A stretch of DNA of 64,000 nucleotides, from assembly GCA_028718745.1 (NCBI GenBank), contig JAQULF010000001.1, positions 31,666 through 95,665 of the forward strand, in the 5' to 3' direction. A model generated the notes under the pieces. It ran no database searches. It was not told the DNA's origin and was given only the letters and a program-made list of their open reading frames with translations. Both the position numbers and the translations under genes were made by a program. Positions within the stretch are counted from its first letter, which is position 1. Each line of letters opens with the position of its first letter. The DNA is from Patescibacteria group bacterium (GTDB lineage: Bacteria > Patescibacteriota > JACPGU01). Positions 19,629 through 27,990 of the stretch are shown here, piece after piece.

Positions 19629-19640
19629 TGTCATCCTCGA
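19629..19640. repeat. Solo copy of 12-mer terminal repeat TGTCATCCTCGA of the MITE-like family
   Basis: identical to left terminal repeat at 46312-46323. Confidence 0.5.
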
Positions 19641-19832
19641 GCTTCTGCTCCGTACTCGGACAGAAAATCGGGGATCCAATACAACAAGAATATATAGTTC
19701 CTGATTGATTTTTATATTTTTTAATGATAAGATTTTATTTAAGAGGGCGCTGTTTGCCCTTTTTGTGTTTTATGTATCTTAAGAACTTGACGATTTCAAT
19801 AATTGAAAAAATAAAAAAACGGGGGTGTCACT

Positions 19833-20960
19833 GTGGCAAAAAAATCAGGAAATGAGTATGCGGATGCAGGAGTGGACTACACAAAGCTGGAAGCTTTCAA
19901 AGACATGATGATCGAAGTCGGCAAGCGCACCACGGGATTCCCGAACATTCGCAATGTATGCGTCGTTACTGACGCAATCCATGCGCACGGCGCGGTTTTC
20001 GAGTACACCGGCGATCAGCCTCATATCTGGTGTAAGACTCAGGAGGGGCTCGGAAACCTGAACTGGATCGCCGAGTGGATGCTTCAATTCGACGGCACGA
20101 AACGCAGCCGTTATGATATCCTCGGTCGCGCAGCAGCGCTTCTCATCGCGATTGATGTCATCGCGCAGGGAGCAATGCCGGTAATCTGGACGGATGAAAT
20201 CGCCGCGGGAGACAGTGACTGGTTCACCAACAAACAGAGGGCGGCCGACTATGCACAGGGATGCTTCGATGTCTGCAAGGAAATCGGCATGGCTCTGCCG
20301 GCCGGCGAATCACCCGCGCTCAAGTATCTCATCAAAGCGGAGCCGCCTGTTACAAGTGCTCCGTCATTGAGCGGATCCATAACCGGCATAATCGCTCCGA
20401 AAAGCCGGCTTATCACGGGCGCAAAATTGCGAGCAGGAGATGTGATTCTGGGCGCTCCCTCATCAGGGCTTCATTCTAACGGAATATCGCTCGTGATCAA
20501 GGAGGTCATGAAACTCTCGGATCAGTTCCTTACCAAGCTCAACGGCCAGACAGTGGGCGAGGAATGTCTCATTCCGATTCCATCGTATGTCAAATTGGTC
20601 GAAGCCCTACTCGAAAACGAAATCGAAATCCACGCCATATTGCCGGCAACCGGAGACGGCGTCGGCAAAATCGCGTTCGACAAACGCCCGTTCACCTACC
20701 GGGTCCACACATGGTGGCCAAAGATACCGCCGCTGTTCCTTTTCATGAAAGAACTGGGCGTGACCCTCGAAGGATGCCTCAAAACCTTCAACTGGGGCGC
20801 CGGAATCTACTTCTATGTGCCACGCTCAAGCGTTGACTCGGCAGTGGAAGTCGCCGCGCACGCCGGGTATGATCTGCTCGAACTCGGCCGGGTTGAAGAA
20901 GGAGAACGAAAAACCATCTTCGAGCCGGAAAGCGTCACGCTTCCCCCGCCGGGAGAATAA
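19833..20960 (+). CDS. AIR synthase-related (PurM superfamily) protein, GC-rich, GTG start
   Basis: N-terminal YADAGVDYTKLEAFK like PurM YKDAGVDI; conserved APSSGLHSNGISLV (PurM GxHSNGxSL motif); ORF much GC-richer than surroundings; RBS aaacggggg before GTG. Confidence 0.6.
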   Translation: MAKKSGNEYADAGVDYTKLEAFKDMMIEVGKRTTGFPNIRNVCVVTDAIHAHGAVFEYTGDQPHIWCKTQEGLGNLNWIAEWMLQFDGTKRSRYDILGRAAALLIAIDVIAQGAMPVIWTDEIAAGDSDWFTNKQRAADYAQGCFDVCKEIGMALPAGESPALKYLIKAEPPVTSAPSLSGSITGIIAPKSRLITGAKLRAGDVILGAPSSGLHSNGISLVIKEVMKLSDQFLTKLNGQTVGEECLIPIPSYVKLVEALLENEIEIHAILPATGDGVGKIAFDKRPFTYRVHTWWPKIPPLFLFMKELGVTLEGCLKTFNWGAGIYFYVPRSSVDSAVEVAAHAGYDLLELGRVEEGERKTIFEPESVTLPPPGE

Positions 20961-20994
20961 GAAACCCAACGAAAGTTTTCACGAGGATTCACAT

Positions 20995-21030
20995 CGCCGC
21001 CGGCCTTTGGCCGGCGGCGATTTTCTTTTC
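20995..21030 (+). terminator. Rho-independent terminator
   Basis: perfect hairpin cgccgccggcc-tttg-gccggcggcg then T-run. Confidence 0.75.
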
Positions 21031-21057
21031 CTTGATTTTCTTTCCCAATCTGCTATA

Positions 21058-21459
21058 ATGTATAGAATAATAGAAGGAGGAATTTTGGAACATCCTGATT
21101 TTTTAAATCCCAGAGACATTTTACAAAATATATTAGATGTCCTGCATTGCCCTTTTTGCGGATGCGATTATTCGGAAGAAAATGCCAGACTGAAAGCCCA
21201 ATTTGAAAAAGATTATGTGGCGCACCTGACCTGTCCCGAATGCCAAAATAGCATTATTGCCAGTTTTTCCTATAAAAATAATAGGGGGATTTTTGAACAA
21301 AGATCTCCCAATCAGAAAATGGATATGGCTATGACGGAAATGGTAAAATTCGTCGCCAAAGGAACCATTAGCGATAATGATGTTATGAATTTATATAAAG
21401 AAATGGGGGACTTTGACGGAGATTTTCAAAGAATATTCAAAATAAAATATAAAAAATAA
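21058..21459 (+). CDS. hypothetical zinc-ribbon protein
   Basis: 133 aa with CPFCGC...CPECQ; ORF track extends upstream into previous gene, start placed at first Met after terminator. Confidence 0.45.
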   Translation: MYRIIEGGILEHPDFLNPRDILQNILDVLHCPFCGCDYSEENARLKAQFEKDYVAHLTCPECQNSIIASFSYKNNRGIFEQRSPNQKMDMAMTEMVKFVAKGTISDNDVMNLYKEMGDFDGDFQRIFKIKYKK

Positions 21460-21561
21460 AAAACACAAATTAAAAACTTAAAAACATCTTTGTTTTTATA
21501 TATTTAAGTATTTGTTTTTTATCTTTTATTTTTAATATTTTATATTAACTAACAAAAAAAC

Positions 21562-22257
21562 ATGTCTGACTACAAACTAAAAGCTGAAAAGCGAGATATC
21601 ACCGGTAGTGGTGTTGAAGAATTGAGAGTGGCCGGAAACATTCCTGCTGTTGTTTATGGCAAAGGAAAAGAAAACCAAAATTTAACCGTTAATAAAATTG
21701 AATTCAATAAGATTTTTTCCAAAGCCGGAGAAAACTCTTTGATTGATCTTGAAATTGAAGGCGCTGGGATGCACAATGTTTTGGCTAAAGAAGTTCAATT
21801 CAATGCGGTAACCGATGAGCCGATTCATATTGATTTTTATGAAGTTAAAATGGATGAAGAAATTGAAACTGAAGTGCCTTTGAAATTCATTGGCGAATCA
21901 TTGGCCGTTAAAGATCTGGAAGGAACTTTAATTACCAATAAGACCGAAGTCACAGTAAAATGTTTGCCGGCAAATATCCCTCATGAAATTGAAATCGACC
22001 TTGGCAAACTGGCAACCTTTGAAGATTCTATTCAAGCCAAAGATATCAAATTACCGGCAAAAGTTGAATTGCTGACCGATTTGGAAGAAACTATCGCATT
22101 GGTAAATCCTCCACGATCTGAAGAAGAATTAAAGGAACTAGAATCTGAAGTAGTTGAAAATGTGGAAGCGGTGGAAGCAACTGCGGAGAAGAAGGAGGAA
22201 GGTGAGGCTGAAGGTGAACAACCGGCCGAAGCAGAAAAGAAGGAAGAGAAAGAATAA
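21562..22257 (+). CDS. rplY: 50S ribosomal protein L25 (general stress protein Ctc form) with acidic C-terminal tail
   Basis: N-terminal KAEKRDITGSGVEELRVAGNIPAVVYGKG typical of L25/Ctc; C-terminal EKKEEGEAEGEQPAEAEKKEEKE. Confidence 0.85.
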   Translation: MSDYKLKAEKRDITGSGVEELRVAGNIPAVVYGKGKENQNLTVNKIEFNKIFSKAGENSLIDLEIEGAGMHNVLAKEVQFNAVTDEPIHIDFYEVKMDEEIETEVPLKFIGESLAVKDLEGTLITNKTEVTVKCLPANIPHEIEIDLGKLATFEDSIQAKDIKLPAKVELLTDLEETIALVNPPRSEEELKELESEVVENVEAVEATAEKKEEGEAEGEQPAEAEKKEEKE

Positions 22258-22265
22258 TAAGTTAG

Positions 22266-22333
22266 GATTAAATGATTAAATGAATAAAGGATTGTATTTT
22301 CTAATCATTTAGTCTTTTATTCCTTTATTCATT
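22266..22333. repeat. AT-rich inverted-repeat element (AAATGATTAAATGAATAAAGGA family), copy 1
   Basis: gattaaatgattaaatgaataaagga ... taatcatttag ... tcctttattcatt; related copy at 53490-53578. Confidence 0.7.
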
Positions 22334-22373
22334 GAAATCTAAATGCTATAATAAACAAAAATAAAACAAATCT

Positions 22374-23402
22374 ATGTTGGAAGATTCTACTAAAAAAACT
22401 GTTCTCTTTGAAATTTCGTGGCTAAGTATTATTAAAGTTGTCGCCATTATTCTGGGCGTCTATTTGCTTTTCTATCTGGCAGACATTTTTCTGATCTTGT
22501 TTGTTGTTTTTATTCTAGCCTCCGCCCTTTCTCCTCTGGTAGACACGATGAAAAGCAAACTCAAAATACCTCGGATTATGTCGATCCTTCTAATCTACAT
22601 CGGACTTTTGTTAATTGTTGCCTTGACCATTTATGCCATCATTCCTCCTGCAATAGAGCAGCTGCAAAATCTATCGCAAAATCTACCTGATTATGCTAAA
22701 AAAATAACTTCGCTTTTCAGTTCGCTAAGTGAATCTCCCGTATCAACCACCAATTCTATTCAGTCGGCTTCTTCCACTTTGGGAAATGTAGCCGGAACTT
22801 TCGTTCAATCGGCCGGGACTTTCTTCGGCGGGTTAACTACTGTTTTCTATATTCTAATTTTAACCTTATTTCTGCTTTTGGAAGAAGATGGCATTCGCAA
22901 ATTTTTTATTTCCTTGCTACCCATCAGCCAGAAATCTTATGTTATCGAAGTTAGCAAGAAAGTCGCCGACAAAATGGGAGCTTGGCTTATCGGACAGGTT
23001 TCCTTGATGGGTATAATAGGTTTCGTTACTGCTCTAGGATTGTGGATTATCGGCGTACCTTATGCTTTGACTCTTGGCATTATCGCTTTCTTCCTAGAAG
23101 CAGTACCTACTGTCGGGCCCATCATCGCCGCTATTCCGGCCGTAATTATTGCCTATATGGATGCTCCCTGGAAAGCGGTGGTTGTCCTAATCTTTGCGAC
23201 TTTAATTCAACAATTAGAAAATCAATTTCTTGTTCCAAAAATAATGCAAAAAGCTCTTGGGATTTCTCCGTTTGTAACGCTCGTAGCGCTTCTTGTCGGC
23301 GGTAAACTAGCAGGGGTAATGGGCGTGCTTCTCGCCGTCCCAACCGTCGCTGCTCTCTCTGTTCTATCTAAGGAGTGGCCGAATATCAGGAAAAGGATCT
23401 AG
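22374..23402 (+). CDS. AI-2E family transporter (PerM/YhhT-like)
   Basis: 342 aa, 8 TM, typical AI-2E family architecture; paralog at 27991..28998. Confidence 0.85.
   Translation: MLEDSTKKTVLFEISWLSIIKVVAIILGVYLLFYLADIFLILFVVFILASALSPLVDTMKSKLKIPRIMSILLIYIGLLLIVALTIYAIIPPAIEQLQNLSQNLPDYAKKITSLFSSLSESPVSTTNSIQSASSTLGNVAGTFVQSAGTFFGGLTTVFYILILTLFLLLEEDGIRKFFISLLPISQKSYVIEVSKKVADKMGAWLIGQVSLMGIIGFVTALGLWIIGVPYALTLGIIAFFLEAVPTVGPIIAAIPAVIIAYMDAPWKAVVVLIFATLIQQLENQFLVPKIMQKALGISPFVTLVALLVGGKLAGVMGVLLAVPTVAALSVLSKEWPNIRKRI
23331..23402. repeat. Direct repeat copy 1 (3-prime end of AI-2E transporter gene)
   Basis: about 70 bp, about 85 percent identical to 26690-26761. Confidence 0.75.
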
Positions 23403-23482
23403 ACTAACTGTCTTTAAAATGAGAAGGGTTAAAAAGTTCGAAAAACATTGTTTTTATTTTTTAGTAATGATATTATGAGTGT

Positions 23483-23743
23483 ATGAATACAAAAACTGTC
23501 AAAAAAAGAGTAAAGGTGCTGGATATCGCGATGATACAAATTCCATTGTCCTCTTTGCGTTGCATCCTTTCTTATCCAAAAGAGAACAAAATTATTTGCG
23601 AGATTGATGTAAAAAGCATAGAGAGAGTGAATAAATCCAAAGATTTAGATGAAATAATCAATGAATCTCGCCTTGATTATGCGCTCGGAAATTACAAATC
23701 CTTTGCTTCCGCCAAAGATCTTATTGCTGAATTAAGATCGTAA
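23483..23743 (+). CDS. putative antitoxin (partner of downstream RelE/ParE toxin)
   Basis: 86-aa ORF 6 nt upstream of toxin gene; no strong motif. Confidence 0.4.
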   Translation: MNTKTVKKRVKVLDIAMIQIPLSSLRCILSYPKENKIICEIDVKSIERVNKSKDLDEIINESRLDYALGNYKSFASAKDLIAELRS

Positions 23744-23749
23744 ATAAAA

Positions 23750-24031
23750 ATGAAAATAAATCTCTCGCACAGATTTAAGAGATCATATAAAAAGCTACCC
23801 TCAAATATCAAGGATGATTTTGATAAAAGGATAGCTCTTTTTATTGATAATCCCAAAAATCCAAAATTGAAAGTGCATAAACTAAAAGGAAGACTGCAAA
23901 CTTGTTTGTCTTTTTATGTGCAAGATGGCTATAGGGTTCTTTTTGATTTTTCAGAAAATAATACCGAAGATAAGGTTGTTAATCTGCTCGATATCGGTTC
24001 GCATGATAAATATCGGAATTGGGAAAAATAA
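23750..24031 (+). CDS. Type II toxin, RelE/ParE family
   Basis: 93 aa; KLKGRLQTCLSFYVQDGYRVLFDFSENNTEDKVVNLLDIGSHDKY pattern of RelE/ParE/YoeB-like toxins. Confidence 0.65.
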   Translation: MKINLSHRFKRSYKKLPSNIKDDFDKRIALFIDNPKNPKLKVHKLKGRLQTCLSFYVQDGYRVLFDFSENNTEDKVVNLLDIGSHDKYRNWEK

Positions 24032-24149
24032 ATTCGCTAAAAAACATAATACACTATGTCCGTATTTCTAATTGAATTTTTTTATATCTTAGGGGAGATA
24101 AGGTGAAAATACTGTATTTTACAGTTCAAATTTTTGTTAAAATACTTTT

Positions 24150-24665
24150 ATGGATACTACTGTCTTTGAACAAATTAAAAGAATTAATGAACATGGACAA
24201 GAGTATTGGCGTGCTCGAGATTTGATGGTTACTCTCGGATATGTTGAATGGCGTAAATTTGAAGGTGCAATAGAAAGAGCAAAAGAAGCATGTACAAACA
24301 GTGGTCAGTCGACAAAGGATCATTTCGCCGGCGCCGCCAAAATGATAAAAATCGCTACAGGAACCCCAAAAGAAGCGATGAGAGAAGTTGATGACTATTA
24401 TTTATCTCGCTATGCTTGTTATCTCATCGCTCAAAATGGTGATCCGAGGAAGAAAGAAATTGCTCTCGCCCAAACATATTTTGCGGTACAAACCAGAAAA
24501 CAAGAAACGCAAGAATTTTTACACGAACTTTTTGAAGAAGATCGTGCGAGATTGGCTTTTAGAGAAGATATAAAAGAAAAAAACCGCAAACTTTTTGGAA
24601 CAGCAAAATCCGTGGGCGTGTCTGACTATGCGAATTTTCAAAGCCGACATTTTTATATAAAATAA
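24150..24665 (+). CDS. DNA-damage-inducible protein D (DinD)-like, Bro-N/KilA-N domain protein
   Basis: N-terminal FEQIKRINEHGQEYWRARDLMVTLGYVEWRKFEGAIERAKEAC resembles DinD/Bro-N family. Confidence 0.5.
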   Translation: MDTTVFEQIKRINEHGQEYWRARDLMVTLGYVEWRKFEGAIERAKEACTNSGQSTKDHFAGAAKMIKIATGTPKEAMREVDDYYLSRYACYLIAQNGDPRKKEIALAQTYFAVQTRKQETQEFLHELFEEDRARLAFREDIKEKNRKLFGTAKSVGVSDYANFQSRHFYIK

Positions 24666-24681
24666 GAACTTCCTTACCACT

Positions 24682-25131
24682 ATGAAAATAAAAACCCCAG
24701 GCAGGATTATCAACATCAGAAACTCATCATGGGATGATTACCGATATTGTTATGAGCTAACAAAAAGGAATATGCGACCTTTTTATATAAAGCATAAGCT
24801 TGAGTGGAAACCAAAAAGTTACCGGAGAAACTTCGATCCGAAATTTGTAAAGATTCTTGAGATTAACAATAGACGAATTGGCTTTTACAAGCTTTCATTT
24901 AAAGAAAATCATTGGCACTTGGGAGATTTACAAATTTCGGGTTTATTTAGGGGCAAAGGTATTGGCACCGAAATAATGAAACTAATTGAAAAAACTGTAA
25001 AAATGAAAGGTCGCAATTCTATAAAACTAAGAGTTTTTGTTGATAATCCTGCCCTGTCTTTATACAAAAAGACTGGCTATAAGATGATTGAACAACAAGG
25101 AAGTTCTTATTTGATGCACAAAAAGTTGTAA
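24682..25131 (+). CDS. GNAT family N-acetyltransferase
   Basis: LQISGLFRGKGIGTEIMKLIEKTVKMKGRNSIKLRVFVDNPALSLYKKTGY (acetyl-CoA binding motif A R/QxxGxG/A). Confidence 0.75.
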   Translation: MKIKTPGRIINIRNSSWDDYRYCYELTKRNMRPFYIKHKLEWKPKSYRRNFDPKFVKILEINNRRIGFYKLSFKENHWHLGDLQISGLFRGKGIGTEIMKLIEKTVKMKGRNSIKLRVFVDNPALSLYKKTGYKMIEQQGSSYLMHKKL

Positions 25132-25265
25132 TGTCGGTATCTGCGTCATATGTCGCCTAACACGGGATATCTGGCTACAGAAATTTGACACATTTAAAGA
25201 TTAAGCATTATGCAAAATAATTATTAGCGACTTTTATTAAATATAAAAAAGGCAAATTCATTTCT

Positions 25266-25871
25266 ATGTCAAAAATTGCAATTGATGTTGTCCTACTTCC
25301 TTCTGAATTAATGATAAAGAACGCAATTGAAGTTAATCAGAAACTATTGCGACAATATCCCAACAAAATTATCTTAAATGAGGAAGATTGTTTTCCTCAT
25401 ATTTCATTGTGTATGGGCGTTATAGATGAAAACGATATTCCTGCTATTTCCAAAATAATTGCAGAAATCGGAAAACAATTTTCTGTATTAAACCTGACCG
25501 CTACAGACTTATCAGCCGAAACTATTCCTGCAGGCGATAAAGTCGCTGATTTTACGATCCAACCTACAGAAAAACTTCAATTGCTTCATGAATTAATAAT
25601 GAAAGGGCTGTCGCAATTTTTGATATATAATCCTGCGGCCGATATGCTATTTACACCACCTGCTATAGAAGAGGTTACTTTCTATTGGATAAAAAATTAC
25701 CCCCATAAATCAAGTTTTGATAAATATAAACCGCACATTACATTAGGTTTTGGCGAAATAGCTTATACAGAATTGCCAATCCAATTTACATCATCAAAAC
25801 TCGCTTTATGTCAGCTTGGCAACTATTGTACCTGCAGAAAAATACTCGCTTCCACGGAATTAAAAAATTGA
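25266..25871 (+). CDS. 2H phosphoesterase superfamily protein (LigT/ThpR-like)
   Basis: two H-x-T/S-x motifs: PHISLCMG and PHITLGFG at the expected spacing. Confidence 0.55.
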   Translation: MSKIAIDVVLLPSELMIKNAIEVNQKLLRQYPNKIILNEEDCFPHISLCMGVIDENDIPAISKIIAEIGKQFSVLNLTATDLSAETIPAGDKVADFTIQPTEKLQLLHELIMKGLSQFLIYNPAADMLFTPPAIEEVTFYWIKNYPHKSSFDKYKPHITLGFGEIAYTELPIQFTSSKLALCQLGNYCTCRKILASTELKN

Positions 25872-25997
25872 ATTTGCCCTTTTAATTAAGGATTAATTAA
25901 TCCTGAACATTTGTCCCGTAAAACAATCAGAAAATTTTGCTTTTTTATTTGATATATTTAGAGGGGCGCAGCGGAGCTGCGAAGTTGAAGGACTATT

Positions 25998-26040
25998 TAG
26001 GGGGAAAACAAAAAGACGATCTATTAAGATCGTCTTTTTA
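25998..26040. terminator. Hairpin terminator, bidirectional
   Basis: aaaaagacgatc-tatta-agatcgtcttttt. Confidence 0.6.
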
Positions 26041-26275
26041 AAATCCAAGATGTTTTTGGTTATTTTGTGAAATTAATTGCGTCAATAAAATGCTGAAATC
26101 CATTATCGAATTCCTTATCAATACCACTACTTTGTTTTGATATTATTATGGTTTCATTATTATCGGGCGAGGTTAAATAATATTGTCTACAATTCATCAT
26201 ATTATAAAACATATTTTTAAATTATACAACAAAAAGATCCTTACAAAACAATGATCTCTGCGGTACAATAAAACT

Positions 26276-26680
26276 ATGAAACAACCAAAGAAATTAAATA
26301 ATGAAATTACTTTTTACCAAACACCCGACGGAGGAGTAAATATTGAGGTATTATATGCTGATGAAAACATCTGGCTAACCCAAAAACTGATGGCGGAACT
26401 TTTTGGATGTTCTGCAGATAATATATCTCTTCACTTAAAAAATATTTACAAAGAAAAAGAATTGGATGAAAGTTCAACTACCAAGGATTCCTCGGTAGTT
26501 CAAAAAGAAGGTAATAGAGCGATAAAAAGAAAATTCAACTACCAAGGATTTCTCGGTAGTCCAAACTTTGATAGAGAAAGAATATGAAGTTTATAGAAAA
26601 AAACAAGACAAGTTTTTTGAAAGTGATTTTGATAAAGAGGTAAAAAAACTAATTCAAGAATCCAAAAAGAAAAAGATACG
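26276..26680 (+). pseudogene. RhuM-family protein remnant (internal deletion plus frameshift)
   Basis: 26276-26587 encodes RhuM N-terminus (ITFYQTPDGGVNIEVLYADENIWLTQKLMAELFG...VQKEGNRAIKRK); RhuM-like C-terminus EVYRKKQDKFFESDFDKEVKKLIQESKKKKIRG is in another frame at 26585-26680; full-length RhuM is about 340 aa. Confidence 0.55.
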
Positions 26681-26689
26681 CGGCTAATC

Positions 26690-26761
26690 TGCATGCCGTC
26701 CCAACCGTCGCGGCTCTCTCTGTTCTATCTAAAGAATGGCCAAATATTAGGAAAAGAATTT
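26690..26761. repeat. Direct repeat copy 2 (diverged duplicate of AI-2E gene 3-prime end)
   Basis: gccgtcccaaccgtcgcggctctctctgttctatctaaagaatggccaaatattaggaaaagaatttaa vs gene end at 23331-23402. Confidence 0.75.
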
Positions 26762-26799
26762 AATTGCACTCTCATTTTTTGGCTTATCTAACTTAACTG

Positions 26800-26834
26800 T
26801 TGACAAAAAGTCGGCTTTTGTAGTATAATGCAGG
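26800..26834 (+). promoter_or_regulatory. Sigma70-like promoter (TTGACA-18-TATAAT)
   Basis: ttgacaaaaagtcggcttttgtagtataatg immediately upstream of ORF 26879. Confidence 0.6.
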
Positions 26835-26878
26835 GGTCTAAAAAGACAAATCTGATCGTTGAAAAGAGGTGTTTGCAC

Positions 26879-27346
26879 ATGAAAATTGTCAGCGCGCCTA
26901 AATCCCCCGAGATTATCGAGGGTCTGCGCAAGAAGCAGGAAGAATACCGGCGTCGATTCAAAGTTGAAAAATCCACCATCGCCTTCGCACTCGCACTCGT
27001 CATCATCGGTACAGCTCTGTTCATGATCACCGGCATCTACGGGTTCATGCTCCTCGTCTTTTCCGGAATCTGGCTCCTTGTTAGGTCCGGCGAAGGCTAT
27101 GTTGATACCCTCTACAAACGCTGGGTCATCAAGGAAAGGTTGAACCCCAAATTCATCGACACGGAAATCTATCTGTACATCGATGAAGCCCCCGAGTCCA
27201 TCATCGCCAGAATGATCGGGGCGGAAAAATGCGGGGAGATTTTCAATCGCGCAATGAGAGTCATAAATGATTATAGCAAGACGGGAGGAAAAAACACCTT
27301 CAAGGATATAGGCGACCAGAGAGTTCCTTCTGCTCTTCTGATGTAA
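26879..27346 (+). CDS. hypothetical membrane protein (GC-rich ORF)
   Basis: start at MKIVSAPKSP after promoter; two TM helices; opposite-strand ORF 26747..27355 judged spurious. Confidence 0.45.
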   Translation: MKIVSAPKSPEIIEGLRKKQEEYRRRFKVEKSTIAFALALVIIGTALFMITGIYGFMLLVFSGIWLLVRSGEGYVDTLYKRWVIKERLNPKFIDTEIYLYIDEAPESIIARMIGAEKCGEIFNRAMRVINDYSKTGGKNTFKDIGDQRVPSALLM

Positions 27347-27393
27347 CCCCGTCATTCACAATGACAACAAAAGGCAAACCTGCGGGTTGCCTT

Positions 27394-27888
27394 TTACTTT
27401 GCCAACAAATAAATCGAAACTATTACAAAAGGAATCTGGGTGACAATGCCCCAAAAGATTCTTTTTTTTGTGTAGATATTCATATCCTCGGCTGTTTCCC
27501 AAATATCCTTTGGCTTTTCATCAAACCAGTGTACATTGCGATGAAATTTTAAAAAGAAGGAAAGTGGTTTGATTTTTAAAATTCTGATAATAAGCTCAAT
27601 CAAGTCCGGCAAAGCGCAAGCTGCTCCTCCAAGAAATGCAGCAATCCAAGTTGCGGAATTATATCCTCGCAAAATGCCAATCGTAACAAAAAGCGCAAAA
27701 GCCAAAAACGGATCCAGTAGAACTAAAATAAGTGTTTTAATTTTCTTTAAATGTTTGTATCCGTAATTCCAATGCGGAACCAAATCCATGATAAAATGAA
27801 GAGCGAATCCAAAAACAACCGCCAAAATAGGATTGCCGGTAGCTTTGCCGATAGCGGCGCCAGCTAGAAAATGAGAAGAAATAACCAT
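27394..27888 (-). CDS. hypothetical polytopic membrane protein (possibly DUF457-like membrane-bound hydrolase)
   Basis: 164 aa, 4 TM, conserved His residues (HFIMDLVPHWNYGYKH). Confidence 0.45.
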   Translation of the reverse strand: MVISSHFLAGAAIGKATGNPILAVVFGFALHFIMDLVPHWNYGYKHLKKIKTLILVLLDPFLAFALFVTIGILRGYNSATWIAAFLGGAACALPDLIELIIRILKIKPLSFFLKFHRNVHWFDEKPKDIWETAEDMNIYTKKRIFWGIVTQIPFVIVSIYLLAK

Positions 27889-27936
27889 AGAACAATTTTA
27901 AAAATTAAATTTTGAATTTTAAATTTATTTCTTAAC

Positions 27937-27965
27937 TTTACAATTTACAATTTAAAATTTACAAT
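27937..27965. promoter_or_regulatory. Three direct TTTACAAT repeats in divergent promoter region
   Basis: tttacaatttacaatttaaaatttacaat between minus gene start 27888 and AI-2E paralog start 27991. Confidence 0.45.
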
Positions 27966-27990
27966 GTGAGTATTCTTATTATAATTCATT

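Larger units (their letters stand above)
23403..26689. mobile_element. Putative degraded integrated island bounded by direct repeats of the AI-2E gene 3-prime end
   Basis: carries RelE/ParE TA pair, DinD/Bro-N-like, GNAT, 2H phosphoesterase, RhuM remnant; no integrase seen. Confidence 0.45.

Noticed and set aside
26747-27355. 202-aa minus-strand ORF overlapping the GC-rich plus-strand membrane ORF
   Set aside because: It is low-complexity (D/E/G-rich) and has no start context. The plus strand has a canonical TTGACA-18-TATAAT promoter and membrane-protein features. Long antisense ORFs are expected in GC-rich DNA.
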